A DNA stretch of 24,227 nt from a virus (Duplodnaviria; Caudoviricetes). Made by a program: the position numbers and the translations under genes. The stretch lies in IMG/VR virus record IMGVR_UViG_3300017700_000412, positions 1 through 24,227 of that record; one strand, given 5' to 3'. Positions 1 to 7,226 of the stretch are shown piece by piece; the first letter of the stretch is position 1; each line of letters starts with the position of its first letter. The notes beneath the pieces were generated by a model. That model was given only the letters and a program-made list of their open reading frames with translations, was not told the DNA's origin and did no database searches.

Positions 1-290
1 CGCTTCGGCACCTGGGCCCATGCCTCATCGGCCGACAGCCATTGCAGCGGGCGGCGGCGCTCGATCTGGCTGGCAATGTCGGCCGGCGTCGGAGTGAAGC
101 GGCCCCGGTCCGGGTCCATGCGATGCGCGGACAGCGATTGCTCGACCAGTTCCAGCGGGTAGCGCTTCAGGTCGTTGAAGAAAATAGCCTTGGCGGCCGG
201 GCTGATGATCTTGGCTGCCGCGCTCTTGCCGATGACGTCGAATGTATCATCCAGCATCTTGAAAAATGCGGGGCTGTCGCTAGGCTTCAT
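1..290 (-). CDS. Phage replication protein, DUF6475-like or helicase-loader (P-like) position; runs off the window edge
   Basis: Own translation from ATG at 290: MKPSDSPAFFKMLDDTFDVIGKSAAAKIISPAAKAIFFNDLKRYPLELVEQSLSAHRMDPDRGRFTPTPADIASQIERRRPLQWLSADEAWAQVPK. The H..D..RGRF.P.PAD...ADEAW pattern is typical of these proteins. Overlaps the stop of the upstream gene. Confidence 0.7.
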   Translation of the reverse strand, partial: MKPSDSPAFFKMLDDTFDVIGKSAAAKIISPAAKAIFFNDLKRYPLELVEQSLSAHRMDPDRGRFTPTPADIASQIERRRPLQWLSADEAWAQVPK

Positions 291-636
291 TTTCGAATGT
301 CCTTTCATCGTCATAGCCAGTGATCAGCCTGCTGGCCGCTTCACTGTTCGCCCGCTGAACGTCCACCAGCGCCAGTTGTGGCGCGCCGTGGTAGCGCTGC
401 AAGGCTGGCTGCTCGACCTTCACCGGGTAGATGTTCGTCCAGCTGTTCATGATGGACTGGTTCAGCACGTCGGCTGGATCCTGGTGGTGTTCCATGCAGA
501 TCTTGGCCAGGCGCGTCAGCATCAGCCCCTTGGCATGCTCGGTCATCGGGGCTTTGCGCACCTTGCGCATGTGGATGAATTCCGCCCATTCGACAGGGGG
601 CGGAAAGTCCGGCGTGATCAGTTCGAGCTGGCTCAC
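280..636 (-). CDS. Small replication protein resembling the C-terminal helical domain of phage replication initiators
   Basis: Motif WAEFIHMRK..KAPMTEHA..LML..L....P..VLNQSIMNSW..IYPVK. GTG start overlaps the upstream TGA. Sits directly before the DUF6475-like gene. Confidence 0.65.
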   Translation of the reverse strand: MSQLELITPDFPPPVEWAEFIHMRKVRKAPMTEHAKGLMLTRLAKICMEHHQDPADVLNQSIMNSWTNIYPVKVEQPALQRYHGAPQLALVDVQRANSEAASRLITGYDDERTFENEA

Positions 637-848
637 GGTTTCACCTTTGTGTTCAGGCCAAGCAGGCGCATCCAGATCGTGCGGCGTGGCTCCCAGAGGT
701 TCATTTGCGGCACGCCCTTCTCCGGTCCTGCGCAGCGCCCGCCATATTTCATTTCGAGGTCGCAGAAAGTGCCGGCGCGGTCACAAGTCATGTAATCCCT
801 CACCACGCCGCGCTGATGGGCACAGTTGAAGCATGTCTTGGTGGTCAT
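633..848 (-). CDS. Hypothetical Cys-rich phage protein
   Basis: 71 aa with CxxC and further Cys residues. 4-bp overlaps with both neighbours. Confidence 0.65.
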   Translation of the reverse strand: MTTKTCFNCAHQRGVVRDYMTCDRAGTFCDLEMKYGGRCAGPEKGVPQMNLWEPRRTIWMRLLGLNTKVKP

Positions 849-1060
849 GGTCGCGCCTTGCAGATTTGCTTGCCATCGGCGCCCATGCGTGGAGTTAGCC
901 CTTCAGCGCCCAATACGGTGGCAACATACTGGCACCCGGTTCCGGTGTCCGTGTACACGTAAACCCGGCTTTTCGTCAGTTCTTTTGTCTGCATTTGCCC
1001 GTCATCATTTGACGAGCAGCCAGCAAGGAACAGCATGCAAATTATCGTTGCGGTTTTCAT
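845..1060 (-). CDS. Small lipoprotein, DUF6440-like
   Basis: Start reassigned to ATG at 1060: MKTATIICMLFLAG-C lipobox, then YTDTGTGCQY...GLTPRMGADGKQIC. ATGA overlaps. Confidence 0.75.
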   Translation of the reverse strand: MKTATIICMLFLAGCSSNDDGQMQTKELTKSRVYVYTDTGTGCQYVATVLGAEGLTPRMGADGKQICKARP

Positions 1061-1398
1061 TCTGGATCCTTCAGTGCCTCGATGGCGCGTACCGCTTCGC
1101 TGCTGGTGCACTCGTACGGGATGGACACCTCCCAGACAGCGGCCTTTGCCTCTTCCAGGATCGCATTGCGCGATAGGGCCGGGCCTTCGGACTTCAGGCG
1201 CTCGGCAAGCATGGCGTCGGCAACCCGGTAGGCATGGCACGCAAAGTCAACAGGTTCCCAGATAGCGATGTCTTCCTTTTCGTAGCCGAGCGACGTTGTT
1301 AGCGCATGCGCGGCAAAGTAGTCGCGCAGGGTCATGCCGCTGTCACGCTTCCAGTCTTCTGGCGCTGGAAATGCTGGGCCGCCATCGTTGGTGCTCAT
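1057..1398 (-). CDS. Conserved phage hypothetical protein (GGPAFP...GMTLRDYFAA family)
   Basis: MSTNDGGPAFP...GMTLRDYFAAHAL...AYRVADAMLAER is a widespread phage small-protein motif. It has a C-terminal RNAILEEA...AIEALK extension. Confidence 0.8.
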   Translation of the reverse strand: MSTNDGGPAFPAPEDWKRDSGMTLRDYFAAHALTTSLGYEKEDIAIWEPVDFACHAYRVADAMLAERLKSEGPALSRNAILEEAKAAVWEVSIPYECTSSEAVRAIEALKDPE

Positions 1399-1904
1399 GC
1401 TGTCACCTCTTCGCACTTAGCGCACAGTTCCCGCAAGCGCTTTTCTTGGGCGGCCCTGGCGGCGTCACTGGCGGCGGCCCTGGCGGCGGCCCAGGCGGCC
1501 CAGGCGGCGTCACTGGCGGCGGCCCAGGCGGCGGCCCAGGCGGCGTCACTGGCGGCGGCCCTGGCGGCGGCCCTGGCGGCGTCACTGGCGGCGGCCAATT
1601 CATTCTGACTCGCTTCGCCGTTTGCAAAGCGCTCGGCAACATCGAGTGCTTCAGTGCTGCGCTTGTCGGTCATCAGGTGTTGCACCTGGCGAGCGCACCA
1701 GACCGCGTACAGCCGGATTTCTTTATCGCGTCCCTTCACTGCGCGCAGGCACCACAGCGCGTCATCCAAGCCGTTGCTGTCGAGGACTTGCACGATGCTG
1801 ACCGGCTCGTCGTCGGCCTTCGTCTTACCCAGCGTGCGCAGCAACTTCTCCCAGCCTTCATGACATGGCGAGTGTGCGCGGATTTCGTTTAGTGTCGTTT
1901 TCAT
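1395..1904 (-). CDS. Phage hypothetical protein with Ala/Trp/Arg low-complexity repeat (AAWAAA family)
   Basis: N-terminal TTLNEIRAHSPC.EGW.KLL..LGKTKADDEP..., RLYAVWCARQV, followed by ASDAARAA/AAWAAA repeats. Confidence 0.85.
   Translation of the reverse strand: MKTTLNEIRAHSPCHEGWEKLLRTLGKTKADDEPVSIVQVLDSNGLDDALWCLRAVKGRDKEIRLYAVWCARQVQHLMTDKRSTEALDVAERFANGEASQNELAAASDAARAAARAAASDAAWAAAWAAASDAAWAAWAAARAAASDAARAAQEKRLRELCAKCEEVTA
1450..1597. repeat. Coding tandem repeat built from ~12-nt GC-rich units (GGCGGCGGCCC[T/A], GGCGGCGTCACT)
   Basis: Direct inspection. The units encode AARA, AAWA and ASDA. Confidence 0.9.
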
Positions 1905-1924
1905 GTGTTGTGCCCGTTATGGTT

Positions 1925-2325
1925 TTGGTTGTAGCAAGGGCAAGAAGGGTTGGAATCCCACCCCACTGAGCCATTGCTTTCTATTACTTCCTGAAAGAAC
2001 TACTCCCGCCTGAAGCTGAACATTCTATTTCCGGGCCCCCATTACGCATGAGCTAAGCGCCAATTCCATCCCTATTTGCCCGTTCCTGGGGTGCCTGTTC
2101 AAAGCCCCTCGCGCCGCCCTTGCTAGTCAAGCGCATCGTCTTTTCTCCCGTGCCGGCAACAACATGGCCGCTTTCAATGACGCTCGGGGTGCGGTCGATG
2201 TGCGGGCCAGAAACGCAAAAAGCCGCTTTGGTTTTCTGCATTCAACTTGTGCGGGCAAGTTTGGCCGAGGCCGTGAACACAGAAACCGAAGCGGCTTCTC
2301 TTCGTCAATGCCCGCACATCAACAG
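1925..2325 (-). ncRNA. Putative large structured leader or non-coding RNA with C4/CI-like 5' domain
   Basis: Only large gap in a tightly overlapped operon. Nested inverted repeats: 2197-2207/2310-2320, 2220-2244/2274-2297, 2244-2249/2256-2261 and 1932-1941/2116-2125. Candidate promoter upstream. Confidence 0.5.
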
Positions 2326-2332
2326 GACAGAT

Positions 2333-2360
2333 ATTCCCACGGTAAATTGATCGTCGTCAA
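2333..2360 (-). promoter_or_regulatory. Candidate sigma70 promoter for the structured RNA and replication operon
   Basis: Minus-strand TTGACG (2355-2360), 16 nt spacer, weak -10 GGGAAT, with an AT-rich upstream stretch. Confidence 0.35.
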
Positions 2361-2378
2361 GCACTTTCTTGAAATAAA

Positions 2379-2807
2379 TCAAGCCGACTCGCCATCAACC
2401 ACCCGAACAGCCACCACAACGCACGGCGCCAGCGAATACAACTTGCGCACACGTAGCTCAACAACCTGGCTGTCGTCCACCCACACGATACCGTTGCACG
2501 CATCCTTGACGCCCTTCAGTACGTTGTCCGCGTCGGGCTTCTTCGTGGCGCGCACGGTGCCGGCCGCTGCGGCTGCGCGCTTTGCTTTCGACCAGCTGGA
2601 CGGGATTGGCATGCGCAGTTCCAGCAGGATTTCTATGGGGCTGGCGCTGGGCGGCAGGTGGCGCATAGCGGCCTTGGCATAGCCGGCTACGCGGGCCTCG
2701 TAATCGGCGGTCTTTTTCGGCGTGTAGGCGCGGGCAAAGCCGCCTACCATCGTGACGCGGGCGCGGGCCTTGGCCACAGGGGCGCCGGGTATGGTGAATT
2801 GAATCAT
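2379..2807 (-). CDS. rusA: RusA-family Holliday junction resolvase
   Basis: IPG.PVAK.R.R...YTP.KT..YE, KPDADN..K...DA.NG....DDSQVV catalytic motifs. Confidence 0.9.
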   Translation of the reverse strand: MIQFTIPGAPVAKARARVTMVGGFARAYTPKKTADYEARVAGYAKAAMRHLPPSASPIEILLELRMPIPSSWSKAKRAAAAAGTVRATKKPDADNVLKGVKDACNGIVWVDDSQVVELRVRKLYSLAPCVVVAVRVVDGESA

Positions 2808-3211
2808 GGCATGAGTCCCATCGTTTTTAGAATCTGTTGGCTCTCAGCGCGGGCCAGGTCAAAGTACGTGTCGAGCAGCGAACGCGGCATGCGGCCAGCG
2901 TAGCCACCATCCAGGAAGGCGTGGCAGGCAAAGCACCCGTAGCAACCCTCTTCATCCCGAGCCTTCAGCCCCATGCCCTTGCCGTCCGAGTAGCTGTTGC
3001 TGTGGCACCACACGGTTGTCGCTGGGTCGAAATTGCACACCGGAAGGCGCAGCGTGCACGGCTGACCCTTGGCAGATTTCTGAATCTTGGTCAAGGGCTT
3101 GCGTTTCGCTTTCAGGCGTTTTGGTGCCGAATCCGGCACCTTCTGTTTCGCTTTGAAGCCATTTCGCGCCAGTTGGGACGTGCTGCGTTTCAGTTCGGTG
3201 CGGCGCATCAT
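2804..3211 (-). CDS. DUF1364/YbcO-like Zn-binding nuclease-domain protein
   Basis: SAKGQPCTLRLPVCNFDPATTVWCH...GKGMGLKA.D....GCFACH..LDG. Start overlaps the upstream TGA. Confidence 0.85.
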   Translation of the reverse strand: MMRRTELKRSTSQLARNGFKAKQKVPDSAPKRLKAKRKPLTKIQKSAKGQPCTLRLPVCNFDPATTVWCHSNSYSDGKGMGLKARDEEGCYGCFACHAFLDGGYAGRMPRSLLDTYFDLARAESQQILKTMGLMP

Positions 3212-3837
3212 CACAGGCACCCCCACTGCTCTGCAAATGCGGCGGCAACAACAGCATGGGTTCGGCTACGCTCTTTTTCTCGGTCGGGGCCTGGGCCCAT
3301 CCGCCAGCAGCTTTGATGTATTTTTTCGTAGTCGTCTTCTGTATGCGATGGCACAAGCAAGGGTAGATTTTTCAACCACAGGCAAGCGGCTTTCGATTCC
3401 GGGCACCCGAACATCCAAGGTTGAACTTTCTGTGTGTACTTCCCAAGGCGCGACATGGCCAGCCCGTGCGGCTGCGAATTTTCGATTGCAGAGCGCTTCA
3501 CGTTCGCCTCTTGGAATGCCTTGAAAAATCTGATTCCCTCTTCGAAGTCATCAAGCCTGTTAGGGTAACGTGGGTGCCGGCGCCGCTGCTCAAATGGCAG
3601 TTTGCTGTCCTCTGGATGGGAAAGCCACTGCACGCCCGACAGCGTATTGAAAGTGCAGTAGGGGTGAGCAATCATCAAATCCCACTGCCTGTCGAGAAGC
3701 CGCAGTACATCTCCCTGCACATGCCAGCCGTGTGGCGATTCCGTTGGGCGCAGATCGCAGGAAACTGCCGTGTGCCCACGGCAGGCAAAGGCGTCACGCA
3801 CACGCCCTGAGTACTCGCATGCCACAAGCACCCTCAT
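3211..3837 (-). CDS. Phage DNA cytosine methyltransferase-like protein (short SAM-dependent type)
   Basis: MRVLVACEYSG.VRDAF...GH...SCD, WDLMIAHP.CT, IEN, QPW.FG..E.K..CLWL..LP.L, RS.T....A.A.A.QW. Confidence 0.75.
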   Translation of the reverse strand: MRVLVACEYSGRVRDAFACRGHTAVSCDLRPTESPHGWHVQGDVLRLLDRQWDLMIAHPYCTFNTLSGVQWLSHPEDSKLPFEQRRRHPRYPNRLDDFEEGIRFFKAFQEANVKRSAIENSQPHGLAMSRLGKYTQKVQPWMFGCPESKAACLWLKNLPLLVPSHTEDDYEKIHQSCWRMGPGPDREKERSRTHAVVAAAFAEQWGCL

Positions 3838-4289
3838 GCAGGCACCAGTCCAAACAGGTGCTCCAGGATCGGATCGTGCACCACCTTTCCCGGCGTCCAG
3901 CGATTGGAGAATGTGCGGTTCGGTGCATCGCCCTTGGCCGGCTTTTCGATACGCTTATCCTTCGGCAGCAAACCGGCGCCCAGCAGCTTGATGAAGGCGG
4001 CGACTTTGGCCGCGTCCTTCGTGATGCCGTAGACTTCGATGCCCTGGCTGTGGTCGCGCACCTGGCGATATGGCTTTTCCTCGACGCGCAGCACCAGCAT
4101 GACCTCGGCCGCCTTCAGGTCCAAGATGTATTTCCTGATGCCTGATTCCGAAAAGTGGAACAGGTCCTGCATTTCCTCGCGGCGCAGTTCGCCCAGCTTC
4201 AGGCGCTCCACCATCTTGAGCAGGTTTTCAGTGCGGCGCCGCGTGGCAGCGGTACAGCGCACGCGCTCGGTTGCAATTGGCCTTGTCAT
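3834..4289 (-). CDS. Hypothetical protein, possible winged-helix DNA-binding domain
   Basis: LRREEMQDLFHFSESGIRKYILDL resembles an HTH. ATGA overlaps on both sides. Confidence 0.6.
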   Translation of the reverse strand: MTRPIATERVRCTAATRRRTENLLKMVERLKLGELRREEMQDLFHFSESGIRKYILDLKAAEVMLVLRVEEKPYRQVRDHSQGIEVYGITKDAAKVAAFIKLLGAGLLPKDKRIEKPAKGDAPNRTFSNRWTPGKVVHDPILEHLFGLVPA

Positions 4290-4816
4290 TGTCTTTTCCT
4301 TTCAAATGGTTCGATGATGGATTCCATGCCCTGCTCTGCCACTTGCGGCGACAGGCTTGGCCAGAGATATTTCTGTGCGTGCTCGGTGCGCAGGAACTTG
4401 ACCACACCTTCGTGGAAGTACCGCATTTCGTCCTCTTCGCACTGGTCGTAGCTGATCGATTTCGGCACCGGAAACACGCCACCTTTCGGGCCGGGCATCC
4501 ATGTCACGTAGCCGCTTCCAACCTTCAGCCACAGCCTGAACTGGTCGAAATTATCGATGCGTTCCTGGGCCTTGAACACCTTCGACACCAGGGCCATGTG
4601 CTTGCGATGAAACCAGCCTTCGCGGGGCCGTTGCGTCTTGATGGAAAAGAACTCGCCCGATCCGGCCTCATTGAGCGCACGGCAGAAGCGATACCAGCCC
4701 CGCGTGTCCTTCGGCGTGGCCCCGCTCAAGTGCTCGAACAGGAACCGGCGCACTACCGCTGCATCAGCCTCGTTCAGGCGCGCATCGGTCTGCTTGACCA
4801 GGACGATTTCCATCAA
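4286..4816 (-). CDS. DUF1367-family (NinB/Orf-like) protein
   Basis: R...FHRK..AL....F..Q, F..FR.WL...SG, PKSISY.....DE.... Confidence 0.75.
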   Translation of the reverse strand: MMEIVLVKQTDARLNEADAAVVRRFLFEHLSGATPKDTRGWYRFCRALNEAGSGEFFSIKTQRPREGWFHRKHMALVSKVFKAQERIDNFDQFRLWLKVGSGYVTWMPGPKGGVFPVPKSISYDQCEEDEMRYFHEGVVKFLRTEHAQKYLWPSLSPQVAEQGMESIIEPFERKRQ

Positions 4817-5037
4817 TCGTCCTGAGGTGGCGCCAATTCGTCAACGCGCTTGAGCGACCATTTGCAGCTACGCATAACCGCAATTCGCACCGAGTCGCTA
4901 ACCTCGATAACGCCATTGCGAATTTTGCTGATATTGGCGCGCTGCACGCCAATCAATTCAGACAGACCAGAATCACGCTTGATGTTATTTTCCGCCATGA
5001 TCGCGTCTAACAGAGGGTGTGGTTTCTTCATTTTCAT
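4813..5037 (-). CDS. Cro-like XRE-family HTH regulator
   Basis: LLDAIM....IKRDSGLSELIGVQRANISKIRNG. First gene after the leftward promoters, with RBS AAAGGA. Confidence 0.8.
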   Translation of the reverse strand: MKMKKPHPLLDAIMAENNIKRDSGLSELIGVQRANISKIRNGVIEVSDSVRIAVMRSCKWSLKRVDELAPPQDD

Positions 5038-5069
5038 TCCTTTCGATTTGGTATCAAAGTTCCAAATTA

Positions 5070-5116
5070 ATTCTACTTTGAGCGCGGATTATAAGCAACA
5101 AAAATAAATGAACCAA
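5070..5116 (-). promoter_or_regulatory. Two overlapping leftward sigma70 promoters
   Basis: TTGCTT(5093-5098)-17nt-TAGAAT(5070-5075) and TTGGTT(5111-5116)-17nt-TATAAT(5088-5093), both on the minus strand. Confidence 0.65.
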
Positions 5117-5117
5117 A

Positions 5118-5160
5118 GACTCAAATAGTTGTTGACCGGACTCAAATAGCCGCGTATCGT
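5118..5160 (+). promoter_or_regulatory. Rightward sigma70 promoter with repeated operator-like boxes
   Basis: TTGACC(5132-5137)-17nt-TATCGT(5155-5160). GACTCAAATAG occurs at 5118-5128 and 5139-5149. Confidence 0.7.
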
Positions 5161-5198
5161 TACATACATCGGATCAGCAAACAACCAAGGGGAACAAA

Positions 5199-5426
5199 AT
5201 GAATTCACAGAAATTTGAAGCAGTCCAAGCATGCGGCGAATCTTTCTACCGCGCCTACCTGAATGGCACCGTCGTGATGACCGCGAACGTGAAAGCCGCT
5301 GATGAATTCGGCTTCATCGCTGTTTCGCCAATCTGGACGAATGGCGCAAAGTCTGGGAGTGCTGACCATAACGCGATGGTAGAAGCCATCCGATCCCGCG
5401 TAATCGCTGGCCCAATCGCCGCCTAA
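5199..5426 (+). CDS. Hypothetical early protein
   Basis: 75 aa ORF with RBS AAGGGG, first gene after the rightward promoter. Confidence 0.7.
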   Translation: MNSQKFEAVQACGESFYRAYLNGTVVMTANVKAADEFGFIAVSPIWTNGAKSGSADHNAMVEAIRSRVIAGPIAA

Positions 5427-5468
5427 ACCCACCCCGCGCCAGTCACCCGGCTGGCGCATTACTGAAAG

Positions 5469-5687
5469 ATGATCATGAAATCGAAAACCATAATTCGACT
5501 TTCCGGCCAGATTGACGCCCGCTGCGAAGACCGCCGCTTCTATCGCCACGGCAGCGCGGCACTTGTCGGACCGCTTAATGCCGAGCGTTTTGATAGCGAC
5601 GACCAGGCGCAGGGCGTAATTGATTCCATGGTGAAATCCGGCAACTGGAAGGCCTGTCAGTACTGCCCTTTTACTCTGCACCTCTAG
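5469..5687 (+). CDS. Hypothetical early protein
   Basis: 72 aa ORF in operon orientation between two hairpins. Confidence 0.55.
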   Translation: MIMKSKTIIRLSGQIDARCEDRRFYRHGSAALVGPLNAERFDSDDQAQGVIDSMVKSGNWKACQYCPFTLHL

Positions 5688-5758
5688 CGCTGCCCCGCCC
5701 AGCATCACGCAGGCCGCCCATGAGGCGGCTTTGTCAGTACCAAACCAGGGAGAACCAC

Positions 5759-5908
5759 ATGATCCAGCGTATCAAAACCAAGCCGACCATTTACGAGCGC
5801 CTCTCGCGCTGCGATGCATTCGTAGCCTGCGCTATCGTGCTGATGCTGTGCGCTGCATGCGGCATCGCTGAAGTGCTTTGCATCCTGATCGGCGTGGGCG
5901 CGAAATGA
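5759..5908 (+). CDS. Small membrane protein
   Basis: ATG at 5759 after GGGAGA. Basic N-terminus, then a hydrophobic Cys-rich segment. ATGA overlap with the nuclease gene. Confidence 0.6.
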   Translation: MIQRIKTKPTIYERLSRCDAFVACAIVLMLCAACGIAEVLCILIGVGAK

Positions 5909-6711
5909 AGAAGAAAATCAGGGTCCGGGCTTCGTCGTTCGGGACGCTGTTTGACTGCGCGCACCGCTTCGAAGGTGAGCAGCTTCTAAAGCTGTACAGG
6001 GCCAGCAGCCTGCGCGCATGGCTGGGCACGTCGATCCACGCCAGCACGGCCGCATTCGACCAGGCGCGCATCGAAGGCAAGGCGATCACTGCCAACGATG
6101 CGGCCGATGTGTTTGTTTCGTCGTTCTGGAATCCGTCCGAAGAGGTCGATTTTAAGGATGCGAAATTGACGCGCCAGCAGGCGGAACTTATCGGCCTGAA
6201 GCTGCACGCGAAATACTGCGCTGAGATTGCGCCTGCGATGCACTACGAGTCGGTGGAAATGGCGCTGCGTCCGCTGGAAATCGACTGCGGCGGCGATCTT
6301 ACCATCGTGCTGACTGGCACCATGGACCGGGCCCGCGTGGCGCGCATGGCCAGCGGCAAGGTAATCAGCGACGTGAAGACAGGCGGCCGGCTGATTGACC
6401 AGGAAGGAATCGTGACCACGAAGGGCCGCGCCGCGCAGCTGGGAACCTACCAGTTGCTGAGCGAGCACACGGATGGTGAGGAAACCAGCGGCGGCCAGAT
6501 CATCGCCTTGCAGACCACCACAGCCGCCCCTGTCGGGGTGAGCAAGGTATTCGACGCCAAGCGCGTGATGGTGGGCGACGAGAACCAGGAAGGGCTGATT
6601 TCCATGGCAGCCAAAATATTCAAGATCGGGCTTTTCACGCCCAACCCGATGAGCCAGCTTTGCGATAAGAAGTACTGCGCCCGTTGGGGTACTTGTGCTT
6701 ACAAAGGATGA
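5905..6711 (+). CDS. PD-(D/E)XK exonuclease, Cas4/AddB-like with probable Fe-S cluster
   Basis: R.SS.....DC (N-terminal Cys), GT..H, VE..L, GT.D, ISDVKTG, QL..Y, and C-terminal PNP...LC..KYC..W..C. Confidence 0.85.
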   Translation: MKKKIRVRASSFGTLFDCAHRFEGEQLLKLYRASSLRAWLGTSIHASTAAFDQARIEGKAITANDAADVFVSSFWNPSEEVDFKDAKLTRQQAELIGLKLHAKYCAEIAPAMHYESVEMALRPLEIDCGGDLTIVLTGTMDRARVARMASGKVISDVKTGGRLIDQEGIVTTKGRAAQLGTYQLLSEHTDGEETSGGQIIALQTTTAAPVGVSKVFDAKRVMVGDENQEGLISMAAKIFKIGLFTPNPMSQLCDKKYCARWGTCAYKG

Positions 6712-6713
6712 TC

Positions 6714-7205
6714 ATGATTGATGCAATTCTTGCGCTATACGCCCAGGGGAAAACCTGCGCACAAATAGCAAAATTAACTGGCAAGTCAACTATGACTGTT
6801 CATAGGATGATTAAGAAATCAGGTATTGAGATGCGCAAGTATGGTGATTTGCATCGTGGCCGCGAATGGTCCGAAGCTCGCCGCGCACACCACCCAGCAA
6901 AGCCTGTTCGTGCTGTTGATGCTCCGCGTGGGTATGACATATTGACGCAACGGGCCCTTGGGAATAAAAGCGTTTCGAAGCACGGATATGTGGTTATCCG
7001 GACAGGACGTAAGAAACGCCAGTACGAACATATTTTAGTGGCAGAAAAAGCATTGGGGCGCCCTTTGGAAAAGGGGATGGTCGTACACCATATCAACTGC
7101 AACAGACAGGACAACCGGCCGGAAAATTTGCTGGTGTGCAGTACCGGCTACCACCTGGCATTACATGCGCGCATGCGGCGCGATCCATATTGGAAGCAGT
7201 TCTAA
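6714..7205 (+). CDS. Freestanding HNH homing endonuclease with N-terminal HTH
   Basis: GY.......YEH.LVAE..LGR.L....VVHHIN.NR.DNR.ENL. Lower GC than flanks. An alternative start exists at 6708. Confidence 0.9.
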   Translation: MIDAILALYAQGKTCAQIAKLTGKSTMTVHRMIKKSGIEMRKYGDLHRGREWSEARRAHHPAKPVRAVDAPRGYDILTQRALGNKSVSKHGYVVIRTGRKKRQYEHILVAEKALGRPLEKGMVVHHINCNRQDNRPENLLVCSTGYHLALHARMRRDPYWKQF

Positions 7206-7226
7206 ATCAACCAGAAGGGGAAACAC

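Noticed and set aside
1296-1892. Gly/Pro-rich ORFs (GGPGG on plus, VTPPGPPPG on minus)
   Set aside because: Alternative frames of the GC-rich tandem repeat. The 169-aa frame has a recognisable N-terminal domain and operon overlap.
2053-2241. 62-aa minus-strand ORF in the non-coding gap
   Set aside because: No clear RBS, the start is buried in the long stem, and there is no recognisable motif. A leader-peptide role cannot be fully excluded.
2220-2297. tRNA gene
   Set aside because: Branched fold but no T-loop or D-loop consensus, no anticodon arm geometry and no CCA.
5905-6711. Cas4 as evidence of a CRISPR system
   Set aside because: No array or other cas genes. The context is a recombination module.
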